The notes beneath the pieces were generated by a model that was not told the origin of the DNA, searched no databases, and worked only from the letters and a program-made list of their open reading frames with translations. Below are positions 40,401-55,656 of a DNA stretch of 64,000 nt, in pieces. The stretch is from NCBI GenBank assembly GCA_951406725.2, contig OX597814.1, positions 82,460,001-82,524,000 on the forward strand. Reading direction: 5' to 3'. The stretch is from Octopus vulgaris. Lineage: Eukaryota. The position numbers and the translations under genes are program-made. Numbering within the stretch: position 1 is the first letter of the stretch; every line of letters starts with the position of its first letter.

Positions 40401-43400
40401 TAGTGAAAACTAATGTAACTGATAACTGCAAATTTTTATCATATGAATTTAGCTTTGGTTTAGTTTTTTGGCTCTAAAATCCTTAAAAACAGACCTAGAG
40501 AGAGCTGACAATTTTATGTTGTAGCTTAGACAGAGCTTTCCAGAAAGGTATAGCATGCCAAGATCAGATGATGATCAAGGTGTACACAAATAATTAAATG
40601 AACGAGTGAAATTAAACATTAGTTTTTCAGTCAACATACACTTTATTTACTGTACAAAAAGTATTAAATTAATTAAAAAAGCATAGCATAGCATACAAAT
40701 CATGCCAAGATCAGATGATGATCAAAGTGTACTACTCTGACTGGGCCTTCTTCATTGCCTCAACATGATGCTGGTTGCCCTTCATAAACATCAGCCTCTC
40801 AGAGTTACCATATGACAGTGTGGCTTTCTAGGCCTTCAAAATATCTTTGCCTATAGAGAATAGGCATTCACTGCAGTACTGGATCAGATGGTGGTATTAT
40901 ATTTGGTGAACAGGTCAATCAAGACCTGCTCATCCAAAAAGGCGACTTCAGTTAGGACCCCCTTTGAAACAGCTTCTAGCCAGGTCTTCACCAAGTTCTG
41001 CACCTTGGATTTCAGTGACATGTGGATCCTGCTCTCCCAGGACCGAGTGATGTTGCTGAAGAAATCATCTTCCTCATCCTCATTGCTTGTGGTGCTGCTG
41101 TCCACTTCACTGGTCTCCATTAGGGCTATCTCTGTGACAGTCTCCATTGTGTTCCTTACTCTGCTAACCTGGCTATTATTATACTGCTCCAGTCAGAACA
41201 GGCGAAACTTGGGGTGAAAGGTAGTAGCCAGCTGGCATTCTAGGTCTCCTTTTAATGATGCCTGCCAGTATCGCATCTACTAGAGAACTGCAGTACAGAT
41301 GTTTGAACTTGGCCTCCTTCAACTTCATGACAGTAGCTGCTACAGTTGACAGAAAGCTCCCGAGATAGGCCTAGTCCTCCCATTGGATTTTATCCAAGAC
41401 CTTGGCAACATTAGATATCACTTGGGTGTACTCCATCAGGAAGCCGACATCAAAAGTAGTGAAGATCTGCAGCCTTCTGATAATGTACACTACTGTTGCT
41501 GACACTGTAAGACTATCTGTAATGTGACGAAGTCGAAAGTGAACACAACTCAAAACTGCAGAATTACACAATGATGCTCAGCTAGCTGCTGTTGTGTCAA
41601 TCAATCATGTCTTGTCATGTGTACACATAGTCAGCCAATAGCGTGCCTGACAGACTCTTCGAAATATGCCCACAACAGACAAGAACAAACATATGAATGT
41701 TGTTAATGGACTTAAAGTTAGTGGAATTAAATTCAGCAGAAACTAATTGGTCAGCTAATGGTTTCCAAAGTTAGTGAAAACACTAATCTGTTAAATGGAA
41801 AGTTAGCTTTGCTAATTAGCTGTTAGCAGAACTGTGCCCACTACTGCATATGTATATATATATATATATATATATATGTAAAACTATTCTTTGTCACATA
41901 CATTTTTCACATTTATCATATTCTTACAAATAAACATTATTTAGAATTGAGAGTGTACAGAGCATAGTTATGACTTTATTAAATTTACAACAGAGTGAAT
42001 AATGCTTATATAAGGTTATTTACAATACAGTACAAAATGCTTTATGATAATTAATTTCATACCTTTAAAGTCTTGGTTAAAATCATAGGATTGATAAAAT
42101 TAGTAACAGAAAATATACTAACATCAATTTGATTGACAATATCCAGTTCTCTATAAAATCAGTCTTGTGTATTACTGAAAGAAATCAGTCATCACCATCA
42201 TCCTCATCATCATTTAATGTCTGTTTTTCATGCTGGCATGCATTGGATGGTTCAATAAAAGCCAGCAGGCCAGAGGATTGCACTAAACCTCAAATGTCTG
42301 CTTTGGCATGGTTTCTTTGGCTTGATGCCTTTCCGAATGCCAACTACTTTACAGAGTGTCCACTCTGGGTGCTCTTTACATGACACTAGCATTAGTGAGG
42401 TCACCAAGTAATTCACAAGACAAGATCCCCTCAAATGAAGTAGGTAAAATATTAAGGGAGGTGGTTTTATTGCCAGGTAATGAGAAGAAATTATATGGTC
42501 AATTCATACGACAAACCAAGGACATTGGAACTAAAGAACACTGGCTGTGGATAATGGACAAAAACCTGAAACCAGAAACCAAATTGCTAATTGTCAGCCA
42601 CTCAGGAAGAAGCCATTAAGACAAATTTGATATAGGCAAAGATCAATAAAACTCAGAGAGCAAATCCAGAATCTGAGAGAAAGGAGACAAAAACATTAAC
42701 CATCTCTTGACTGAATGCAGTAATTTATCACAAAAAGTATATAAGTTCAGGCATGACTGTATAGGCAAAAGAGTGCTGAGTATGTGGATTAAAAGAAACA
42801 GAACATGAGTCAGTGGCTGTGATAGAGAATAAGAGTCACAGGATTTTATGGGATTTCCCCATATATATACTGACCATACTATGGAAATATGAAACAAGAA
42901 GACTAAATATGATTATAAAGGACAAAGGAAACTGTAAAATCACAGACTTTTCAATATCACATGATGATAGAGTGGGATACCAAAGAAATTTATAAAAAAC
43001 AACAAAAAACTGAGAAATATCAGGACCTAGCCAGAGAGAGGAAGAGATTGTGGAAGACAAAGACGACAATTATTCCTGTGGTAATTGGTGCACTTGCCAC
43101 AACACTGAAACTGCTACTTAAGAAGCTAAAGGATATTGGAATTGAGACACAAGTGCAATCCTTATTCTGCAAGAATCCTAAGAAAGATTCTTGAGATTTG
43201 AGGAAACTTGTTGTCACCACACCTCAACGATCCCTCAACTGAAAGGTGGGAAGAGGTATTGAGAGAGGTGGTTTTGTACCAGGTGATGAGAGATTAGAAT
43301 ATGACAGAGAAACAAAGACAAGATCTGGTTTGAAAATGTTTCCATACAAATTTTCTTTCTAATGAAAACGAAAATGAAAATTGTACTAGTACCTTCGGAA

Positions 43401-46400
43401 TAATGAACACAAATTTCGTTTTTATCATTATGCATTTTCATCGTTGGTTTTGAGAATGTGTGACATTTATCACAGCTATAATGGCTCCACGTATCTCTGA
43501 AAATAGCAAGCAATTAAATGTAAATAATTAAGAAAGAAAATTAGCTAAAAAAATTTTACATTTCATACACATAAAATTTTAGACTGATGTTACTTTTAAA
43601 GTGCATGAAAGTTGGTGAAAATCTTTTGAATACAGTTAAATGAGAATGTATGAGGTAGTATCAAAAGGTTGCTGGACTAGTTATGTTAAATAAAAAATAA
43701 CTTATTTACCTAAGTTTTAACATCATCTCCTTCTGAATAGTTACCTTGTACAGCAATACACTGCTCCCAACATTCCTACCACTTTTAGAATCTGGCCTGG
43801 AAGTTGTTTTCTGTAAGCGAGTTGAGGACCTTCTGTGATTTGCGCTGGATCTCAACAATTATGTTAAAATGGAGACCTCTGAGATGCATTTTCATCTTGG
43901 GGAAAAGATGGAAGTTTTTAGGTGCTAAATCTGGAAAATAGGGCAGGTGCAGAAGCAATACTATGTTGTTTTTGGCAAGAAACTCGTGAGTGAGGAGAGC
44001 TTGATGAAGAATCCAATTCTTTGCGCTCCACAGATCTAGTCACTTTTGCCAAATGTCCTCTCCCAAATGCTTCAAGACGTTGCAGTAGGACTCTCAATTA
44101 ATGATCTGGCCCTGGGGGATAAATTCTCGATGCACAGTACCATATTTCCAGGGATGGTGCATGTGGCAGGTCTTCTAGATCACTCATCATCTTCCAGGGA
44201 CATTCTTCCACTTTTGAAGTGCTTGTGCCACTTGAGACATTGTATATGCCCCATTGCCTTGTCAATGTAAGCTTGCTGAAGCATGCTCAATGTCTCTGTA
44301 GCAGACTTCCCAAGTTTAACACAAACTTTCACATTGGCTCTTTGTTCCTGTCCATGACAAAATTGCAGACTACATACACGTGATCACAAAAATACAAATT
44401 TCACAACTTGTGATGTAAACACAATAACGTCACTCAGCACACAGCCTCATGTAGGTCACTACTATCTCTCAATGCAAACACAACCATATGCTGACATCTG
44501 TTGGTGTGCTACAGAACTAGTCCAGGAAAGTTTTGATACCACCTCAGTTATGTTTATAGAGAAATACTGTTTATAAGGGGACAAAAGTAATGAATAAATT
44601 ATGCATTATTATGTATTTCTATAGCAATGAAAAATAGTTAATTAATAAACTAACCTCAACCATATTTGAGGTAGAATATACAGTGTTGCACGCTCACTTC
44701 CTTGATTATGTACAGTATAACGACAAAGACAGGTTTTTTCCTCTTCTTTAGCGAATTCCATGTAAATATCCCAATACCCAGAAACAAATGCACCTTGAAA
44801 AAAAATATTAGTAAATTGTAATAATGACATTATGATTACACAGAATGTACAAGTTTCAGATATCTAATCAGAGAAATCATAATATTGAAGATATATACAA
44901 TTTATTGTGCTGTTGTAAAAACAATAATCTTATAAACCTGGAACCTATATATATATCATCATCATCATTTAATGTTCATTGTCCATGCTGGCATGGGTTG
45001 GAGTGTTTGGCCAGAGTTGGCAAGCTGGGGAGCTGCACCAGACTCCAGTCTGATTTGGCATGGTTTCTATGATTGGATGCCCTACCTAATGCCAACCACT
45101 TTACAGAGTGTGCTGGGTGCTTTTATGTAGTACGACACTGACACTTTTATATGGCACTGCATGGGCGCTTTTACATGATGCCATACAGGTGCTTTTATGT
45201 GGTACCACATGGTCACTTTTATGTGGTACCACACAGGCTCAACTTACAACTATACATGTTGCTGCCATGAGTGCTTTACACCACCAGCAGGATCAGTCTT
45301 AATGCATCTGTTGCAGGGTACAGGTCTTCTTGAGTATGGCCAGGCACCAGATATCTCAGTCCTTTACCAACCAACAACCTCACAAACTAAATGCATTGCA
45401 ATCAAGTCAGTTACTAAGTCACAGCTAATGCAACAAAAATTTTCACACCAAATAATAAATGCTTCGGTGAAGTTAACAGTCTTTGTTTCCATTTTTGTTG
45501 AATGACAAATATGTGTCATCTGTGAGTCAGTGAGCTGGCAGAATTGTTAGCATGTTGGGCAAACTGCTTAGTGGCATTTATGTCTACCTTTACATTCTGA
45601 GTTCAAATTCATCCTTTCAAGGTCAATAAAATAAGTTGAGCACTGAGGTTGACTTAATTGACTTGGGCCCTCCCACAAAACTGCTGGTCTTGTGCCAAAA
45701 TTTGAAACCAATACGTGTCTCCTATTCTGCAATCATTTTAGTTTGAATACAGAATCTCATATCAAAATACCTGCAAATGCATCTCTGAAATGTGAATAAT
45801 TTTATATCTATCATATTGATTTTTGACATAAGCATGAACCACAAATTAGTGGGAATAAAAATGTTGAGTCAATTACATGAATCCCAGTACTTTATTTATT
45901 TATTGACCCTGAAAGACATGATTTGAACTCAGAACATAAAGGAAGAGAAGTATTGTTAAACATGTTATCCATTGATCAAGTATTGATCCAATACACATTG
46001 CATGGTATTGTTAAATCATACATCTAAATAAAATATCTATGAATATGTAATAAAGAGGTATTTTGTTGTAATATTTCTCAATTGTCAAAGTAAGGTTGGT
46101 TTAGTTTAATGGACAAGGTTCTTTTGAAATTACTTGTCTTATTTTATATCAGCCAACCTTCCTGTCCATTGGTCCATCCATTCAACTTCTCAAGTCACTA
46201 TTCCTGGGAGGGTTGTTGAAGTAGAGTCCTCTGGCACTTCCTCCATAGGATCCTATCAGAAGCAACCGTCATTAGACTTTCTGGCCAGATTTCCAAACAT
46301 GACTAACTGAAACTATGGATATTATCCAACTATCTCATTCTACCCCTAGGTCTCATGAAGAATCTTTCTCATGATTCTTTCCAGCAACATTCTCATTACA

Positions 46401-49400
46401 TGTTTGTAGGACTGTAGCTGTGACCTCTCAATGTGAAGAAGTTGTGGCTTGGCCTGGAAAGACTCTCTGGTCTCCGAGCTACATACCCTGTAAAATAACA
46501 TTACTCTAGAAATCCTTCAGAGAAACCCTAGTTTGGCTGCTTATATTTGCAATTCTATTATTTTGTAAATTACCCAACATTACCCAACATTCATGACCAT
46601 AGGTGAGAATAAGCATGAAAACTGAATTGAAGATAGTGAGTCTAGGATTTTTTTATCAAACTCCCCTATTCTGAGGATCAAATGCTGGAATTGGCACATC
46701 ATCCATTCACTTATTGAATGAAGTGAAATCAATTTTCATAAAGTTTTGCAGAAGCAAGTGGAGTTAAACAACTTATTTATGAGCAGAATTAGGTAAGTTG
46801 AAATATGTTTATCACATATTTCAACTGCTAAAAGGCAAATACACAGCAGTTACCATGGTAAAAAGGTGTGAAAACATCCAGTTCATTCAGTGTCACCATC
46901 TATAATTATTTATGAGCACAACATAAAACCAAATGCAGTTTGTTTTGAATTTATGATCCAGAAACTTAGCTCACGACGTCTCTTAAATACATCACAAAAT
47001 ATTTAACTATCTTAGTACTTGCTAACATTAGACAGTTAGAGAAAAATTGAACAAGTTTCTAATATTGCTATTATGATTATGAATAATATAGGTAACTATT
47101 CTGAAGTTACAAGACTAGCTACACAATACTGATTATCAATAGGACAGAGATTCTTGGTACTACAAATAGACTACATGATCTTATATGTCCTTTCTTTTTA
47201 TAAGATGGTTGGGTGTGATTTGAGGGAGCTTTTATTGCTATTTTTAATAGGTTGATCAAATACATAAAGGTGCCCTATTTGGCTTGAGAAGAAATTAGTT
47301 GACACTTTGATAATTTTGCCTTTAAAGCATGATTTCATTATAGTTAAAGAAACTACTTATTTAAACCAAAATTCTACATTAATATAAATGGATCAATGCG
47401 ATACAAACAAAAGAAAATAAAGAAGTTACCAACCTGTATCAACTATTTCATATTCTCGTTCAGCAAAACAACGTTTTCTATTTTGTTTGATTAATTTTTT
47501 ATATGGGAAATTTGTCTGTGGGTACTGATACAGAGCCTTCATATAGTTGTGGTTAGGGACATTACATAGATAGTAATATAGTTCTTTAACATCCTCGCCA
47601 TGGTTACCCTGAAAAAAATGAAGGGTTAATGTTTGCTTCCTTTTTATTTTTAGACTTCTGCAATTTTCAAAATTTGATGTAAAACTTTTGCTGTAAACAG
47701 GAATAAATAAAGTGATGATTTGTTTACAATAGGGAAAGCATGCTTTATTTAGTAAAAATTTTGATATCGTAACAACTTCCTGAGGACCAAGATATGTCTT
47801 TTCCACACATTGGTTCTGCCTGTCCACCTTTACAGAACTGAGACCTGGACCTCCCTCAAACAAGACCTGAACAAGCTCAAGGTGTTCCAAATGTGATTTC
47901 TTCATCAGATCCTTGATGCCTCTATGCAACCAAATCTCAAACAACATCCAAGAATAATGCCAGCTGCAGCAACCGACCATTGAAGACCAAGTCCAGCAGC
48001 ATAGGCTATAGTGGTTTGGCCATATCAGCAGGATGTGCACTGGAAGACTACCACACCAACTTTTGTGATGGCAGTGACCCACACACTGGAGAATCCAGTG
48101 CAGTGCACCAAAGAAAACATGGGTGAAATAAATAGAGGAAGACCTGAAGTGTGCAATGCCTTGACCTTGAGCATGGTAAGGTCAGTGCTACGGATTGAAA
48201 AGCATGGAATAACATCATCACCAGAGCCTGCCATCTAACAGGATATTGGTTGAGAGAATGGCTTCCCACTCTAGCCGTCAGTTAGGGAAAGAAGAAGAAG
48301 AAGAAGAAGAAGAAGAAGAAGAAGAAGAAGAAGAAGAAGAAGAAGAAGAAGAAGAAGAAGAAGACATTTTCTATACTATCATGTGACACATTATTTATAG
48401 TTATTGTGGTTTAGCTCCATATCAGCCATGGCTGAGCTCTGACTATCTGATTTATTTATGTAAGATTACATTATTTAATATGTTCTTCAGGCAGCAGGTA
48501 TGATTTGTAAAGATTTGGTTGCAATTTCTAGTATGTCAGCCTACCTCATAATGGCTCACTCATTGGCTCGTATAATTTTTAGTTATCATTGATATGGTCT
48601 ACACTGCATATAAAATTTCAGAACAAGAGAGACATTTTTTGTCACTAACATTAATGGAGTACAAGTCAGGCTAGGGATCATCTCATCACAGCCCAATGAG
48701 AGCTGCTACTGGTACCATGTAAACGGGAACTACCTGTTCTGTTATTGGTCAGTGACTAAACAGGTTCTCCCCACTGCCCCATGAGTAGCTTGCTATTCTT
48801 GTAAAGATGGTGTTTGGACACTCAGTAGGATTAAAAACAAGACCTGTCAATGGGTAGATGAGCTACTTGTGGGTCAACAGACATCCAATTGGGGGAGAGC
48901 AATGACAAACTACTTCAATATCGCTGTCAAGAAATCATTATGAGAAAGACAGAATGAAGTAATGCTATAGTTTCATTCAATGGGAGAACTTGCATTTAAT
49001 CAGGAAGACTTTTACTGTAGCATTATCATCTAGGCTAGTGCTGCACAACCTTTTTTCACTTGTGGTACATTTATATTCTTTTCAAAATTCGGTAGCATAC
49101 CTGAACTAGATATATAACTAAAAGTATTACACTGTGGCACACCCCCAGCATCGTCTCGTGGCACACCAGTGTGTCACTGCATACCAATTGTGCAGCTTTG
49201 ATGTAGACCAGTAGTTCTCAAACATTTTTTGCTTGTGGACCTCTCTGGTTCCTATTTTACTTGGGTGGACCTCATAGCCATTCAATGTTTAAAGAAATTC
49301 TCTTATATTTTTATAATGAAATATTATTAGCAATTGTATAAAAAAATGTGAAAATATTTTGTGTATTGGAGAAATATAACCAACTTCTTCTTCTTCTTCT

Positions 49401-51035
49401 TCACCACCACTACTTAATGGCCATTTTCTATGCTAGCATGAGTTGGACAGTTTGACAGAAGCTGTCAGGCTCCATGTCTGTTTTGGCATGGTTTCTATGA
49501 CTGATGCCCTTCTTAATGCCAACCACTTTACAGAGTGTACTAGGTGCTTTTACACAGTACTGGTGCAGGTGCACTTATGAGCACTTACGAGCCCATAAGA
49601 TTAGGGATGCTCAGCTGAAGGGGTTGCAAGGAACGAGCCTGCATGCAAGAGTAAACACATTTCTACTTAGCTTGATGTGTCTTTTCAAGCACAACAAACT
49701 GCTAGGAATGCCAGTCTCCTGTCATCCCCTCTGTGAGTCTCAAAATTTGTAGACCCTTTCTCACAACATTGCATATAAATTTTAACAACAAAATCTTGTA
49801 TGGACCCTGGTTGAGAACCACTGATTTACATGCTGTAAAATTGTATGATACATTATGGCAATGATTAATGGAATAAATATACTAGAATTTAGCTTTGACA
49901 AGGAAGTTGAATATTATGTACACATAGAAAAAAATGAAACAATGAAATAAAAATATTAAGTGTAAAGCATATTATCATTGGAGTCAGTATCATGATAATT
50001 AATTGAAAAGACAATATAAACAAACGATTAACAAGAAACTATTTTGTTTTAATTTTAAGATGAAAATTTATTATCTTCTTTTTTTCATGTCAAGAAACAT
50101 TGTATTTAAATTTCAAATTATTTTTTTTCCATTTTTGAAATGGATATTTGTAGGCATTTTATTAAAATTGCAACCTAAATAGTGAGCAAACTCTGCAGCT
50201 CAATTTTGATTTCTTTATTGTTATGTAAGAAACCCTTATTGTCCTTGTTTTAACATCTGTTTCTCATTCTAAGGTATGGGTTTGCAACGTCTGTCACACA
50301 ATACATTACCATTCTTTTCAATGTTATATCATCTCAATTGTGAAGCATAGAGGCACCATCTTTCATGCAAGTCAATGCAACATATCCAAAAGATTGTTCT
50401 CAACTCATTTCACTCTAGCTTCTGTTCTACAGGGGTGAGTGAGAAATGAGTCTATGTCCTATGTCCCATTACCATGTAGCCACACATACTTTACACCATA
50501 TACTTCCTGAACTTAGTGTGGACAACATGCAAAGATCTGCATCAACTGCACAACTATTCTAGAAACAGCTTTAAAGGCCTAGCTGCACATCATTTTCTGT
50601 CAATTCCAAGGTTTTCACCTCTGATACCACTGATCTGCACATCAAACTATGTCTCAGCAACACTATGGACTTCATATCCTGAAAAGTACCTATCTGCAGC
50701 TGAACTGTTATGAACTACTGTGCTTATTTTCAGGAAAAAGAAACTATTCACTACATTTTGTGATCCATCTGAAAGATTCCAGTTCACAGACTTCATTTCA
50801 TTGCAGCTCCTGCTGTTACTACTTCTGAAACAACATGAGGGAGTTTCTAAATGGTTTTTAGACCTACTAGAAGAAGTAATCAAATCTTACTCAACTGTCT
50901 GTTGTGGCATGGTTTCTATAGCTTGATGCCCTTCCTAATGCCAAATGATGTATATATACATATATATATACACAACTGTCTGTCCATCCATCCGCCCATA
51001 CATACATACATACATACATACATACATACATACAT

Positions 51036-51072
<37 letters not shown>

Positions 51073-51846
51073 TACATACACAGTAATGCCCCAACATATG
51101 AGTTAATTTGTTTGCTGAGGCCACTCAAAATGAAAATTCGTAAAGCAAAGCAATAATTTCCCATAGTAGCAATGTTCATCATCATCATCATCATCGTTTA
51201 ACGTCCGTTTTCCATGCTAGCATGGGTTGGACGGTTCAACTGGGGTCTGGGAAGCCAGAAGGCTGCACCAGGCCCAGTCAGATGTGGCAGTGTTTCTACA
51301 GCTGGATGCCCTTCCTAACGCCAACCACTCCGAGAGTGTAGTGGGTGATTTTATACGTGCCACCCGCACATAAATCATAATTTGTTCCCAGAAAAATATT
51401 TATAATACTCGTAAATAAATGGCAATAAAATAACAGTAGAATGTAAAGAATATTTTATGTAAAGCAGAAAGAGTATCAAGGTCATTTATAATAAAAAATA
51501 TTACTATTATAATCGTTTTCTGAATCATTTTCAGTTGCACTAGACTCTCACACACCATCACTTGTAGATGTGATTGCTGATTCACAAGCACTCATAGACG
51601 GACTTGTAGATTTCCTTTTTAAAAAAGCAAGCCGAAAGTTGTTTGCTTAGAAGAAGCTTTTTCTTTGCTCTCTATAAATTTCTTGGTAACATCCACTTTT
51701 CCATGACTAGATGCCCTTCCTGTTGCCAACTCTTACCTGTTTCCAAACAAGGTAATATTTCTCTGTGGCCAGACATGTTTTCACAGAATATCATAAATGA
51801 ATAACATCCTTGTATAACAATCATGTGACATCAAGATGAACAAGAT

Positions 51847-51879
<33 letters not shown>

Positions 51880-54800
51880 AATAGAAATATTAATATTTCT
51901 AAGTCTCTCTAAAGGAGACTACAGCAGCGGTACTGGATATTAATAGTTATTGCCAAGCTAACATGGCAGTCCAGAAAAATAGGACAAATGCTGCCATTGA
52001 TTAGCTCCAAGAGGCCATCACCTCTAGCTAGCTATGTGACACACGAACCTGTGTCCATTATAACCTTTGATCAGGGGAGGTCAGCTGCTTCCCCATGCTG
52101 GTCTGGCATCTACAGACTAGTTTCAGGCTATTTGACCCTTATCAATGTAGAGTAGCCAAACTCAGCAGGTGTCACTACTGACCGTCTGTTCGAAGGTTTA
52201 TTTACCTAAAATTCAGTGGAATACATCCACTGGTTTTCAAATATATATATATATATATTTACATGTATATATAGATGTACAATAGGCTTCTTTCAGTTTC
52301 CATCAAGCAAATCCACTCATAAAGTTTTGATTGACCCAGAGCAATAATAGAAGACACTTGCCCAAGGTGCCATGTACTGGGATTGAACCTGAAACCATGT
52401 GGTTAGGAAGCAAACTTCTTAACCAAACAACAAACATGCTTTCACACAGATCTTGTCTATAACATTTCAATCATAGTTAACCAAAAAGGGTATAGTAGAA
52501 AACACTTGGCTAAAGGTGTGTGTATTGAGTTTGAACTTGGAACCTGTTATGATCACAAAGCAAAGTTTTTAACCATATGGCCAGGCTCGAGTCCAAATAT
52601 ATCTCTTTTGCAAATTCAGATACTTAATCGTGAATAGTTGAGTGGGAATATTAACAATGGGATGAATGCTATTCTTACCATTAAATATTCAGCAATACAT
52701 TTTCAGCAAGATAAAAAGGAAAAGGTACAATGAACACAATAAATTCAATCAGAAAAATTTGGTACAATTATGTCATCTTGACAAATAACAGGTATTTTTC
52801 TTAGTTCATGCATGAGTGACTGAGAATAGGGAGTGCATTCAGGTGTAAAAAAAAAAATCTCACAATCATGTCAAAAAGTTAATGACATTCAGTGTGTAAA
52901 AAGTATATAAACAAACATGCCATTAAAAATGTTTATAAGGGAAAATATTGAAATACGAGGAGTGTATGAAAAGTTTTGAGCCTAACCTAGAAACAGGGCT
53001 GCAAGGTAGCTGAAACAATTTTTTCTGGTAAGTACAGTCTTTTTGAAGTATTCTTGCTCATTTTCATGATTCTGATATTTTATTTTTTTTGTTACAGATT
53101 TTTGAATAAACAAATGACGAGGTTACAAGGAAAATGGAGAAAACTGAGTATCGTTCTGTCATAAATACCTTCATTTGAAAGGTATGATTCCATCAGAAAT
53201 CCATGAAGATATGGTGAGAACCTTAACAGACAATGCTCTTTCATATGTATGCAACTGTCAAATGCTGGGTAATGAATTCCAGTGTGGCAGGGAGAGTGTG
53301 GAAGATGATCCCACACCAGGGAGGCCTCCAATTGCAACCACCGAGGACAACATTGACTTTGCTTTTGGTATGATAATGCAAGATCATCGAATATCATGTC
53401 GCCAGATAGCTGAGAGACTGGGTATCTCAAATGAAAGAGCAGACAACATTGTGACAAAAGAACTTGGGTTCTCAAAGGTTTCTGCAAGGTGGGTCCCTTG
53501 CCTTTTGACTCCTGAACAAAAACGCACCAGGTGCACTTTGTCCACGAGCAAACTGGAACCGTTTGAAGCCGATGAAGAGAATTTTCTTGCTTGTTTTATT
53601 ACTATGGACGAAAGTTGGGTTCATCACTACCAGCCTGAAACCAAAGAACAATTAAAGCAGTGGAAGCACACATTTTCTCCTACCCCAAAGAAGGCCAGCT
53701 CATTCCTTCAGCTGGCAAGGTCATGGTGTCATTTTTTTTTTGATTCTCAAGGTGTCTCGCTGATCGATTACCTTGAAAAAAGTCACACCATGACAGGGTT
53801 GTATTATTCTCAGCTACTGTAATGCCTCCAGGAAGCAATCAAAGAAAAAAGGCCAGGAATGCTCTCCAGAGGAGTCCTTTTTCATCATGACAATGCTCCA
53901 GCCCACACCTCAGTGGTTGCAATGGCAACAATTCGTGATTGTGGATATGAACTTGTTCCCCATCTGCCTTATTTGCCAGACTTAGCCCCCTCTGACTTTC
54001 ATCTATTCCCAAAAATGAAAAAAGCCCTGGCTGGTTGCCATTTTGCCACTGACAATGACGTCATAGACACTGTAGGAAGTTTCTTAGAGTCTCAAACAAA
54101 GGAGTTCCTCTATGCCGGGATAATGGCACTTGCACCGCTGGAGAAAGTGTTCAGCCATCAAAAGGGACTATGTTGAAAAATAAATCATCAGAAGTCTTGT
54201 ACTATGTTTTGTTTTTTTGAGGCTCAAGACTTTTGAGACACCCCTTGTATTGTACATTTTAGCACTGCATAAATATTTGTTTCAAATACAAACTTGTAAA
54301 ACAACAAAGATAAAAAATACTTCAAATGAATTACCTGAGGCCCAGTAAGCCCAAATAACCTCTCTTTAAGTATAGTATCTTTTCCATTCCACAATGCTAC
54401 AGATGCACATAATTTGGCTTTATAATCGGACCAGCCAAACAAGCCATCTTCTCCATGAAGGTAAACTGTGTTGAGAGAGTCATGATGTGTACAATATTTC
54501 CAACTGTTTAAATTATATAGAGGGAGATGAAAAAAATGAAATAGAAAAATAATTAAACATGTTAACATTTTTCATGTTTTAAATACTTTTCACAATCTCC
54601 TTTTCTTTAACGATAAATTGAACTTAAGTATTTTCAAGAATTGCTACACACACACATGTGCATAAATATGCATATACACATGTGTATGTATGTCATTGTT
54701 CAGTTTTATTTCAAGATTTCTTGCCAGTAAAGAACCAGTTTCTAACCTAGATTCAAGGCTCCTTCATTGGAATTTCAACATCAACAAAAGGGTATTTTTG

Positions 54801-55618
54801 TTTGTGTGTATGTATGTATATACGTATGTATATGTGTGCATGCGTGTGTATGTATGTATATGTGTATATCTATGTCTATGTATGTATATGTGTATATCTA
54901 TGTCTATATACACACATATATATATATATATAGACGCAGACCCAGGAAAACCTGGGACGAGGTGGTGAAGCACGACCTTCGAACTTTAGGTCTCACTAAG
55001 GAAATGACTAGAGACCGAGACCTCTGGAAGTGTGCTGTGCGCGAGAAGACCTGGCAGGACAAGTGAGTCCATAACCCGTGTATGCATACCTTCCCTTCTT
55101 GGGACACAAAACTCTACTTGTGAAGACCTGTTGAGGCAAGTGAGGATCAGAATCGAAATTGATCAATGGAAATTGCAGATGTGTTACCAGTGCCGGTGGC
55201 ATGTAAGAGAACCATCCATTGGCGACCGTTGCCAGCGCCGCCCCGACTGGCCTCGTGCCGGTGGCACGTAAAAAGCACCATCCGTTCGTGTCCGTTGCCA
55301 GCCTCGCCTGGTCCCCGTGCCGGTAGCACATTAAAAGCACCATCCGTTCGTGGCCGTTTGCCAGCTCTGTCTGGCACCTGTGCGGGTGGCACGTAAAAAG
55401 CACCCACTACACTCACGGAGTGGTTGGCGTTAGGAAGGGCATCCAACCATAGAAACACTGCCAGATCTGACTGGGCCTGATGAAGCCTTCTGACTTCACA
55501 GACCCCAGTTGAACCGTCCAACCCATGCTAGCATGGAAAATGGACGCTAAATGATGATGATGATGATATATATATATATATATATATATATTTGTGTGTG
55601 TGTATGTATATATATATG

Positions 55619-55656
<38 letters not shown>

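Noticed and set aside
47426-48082. 218-aa ORF as a standalone gene
   Set aside because: Chance read-through of intron and antisense LINE sequence into exon 3; likewise 10748..11218 overlaps exon 15 in the wrong frame
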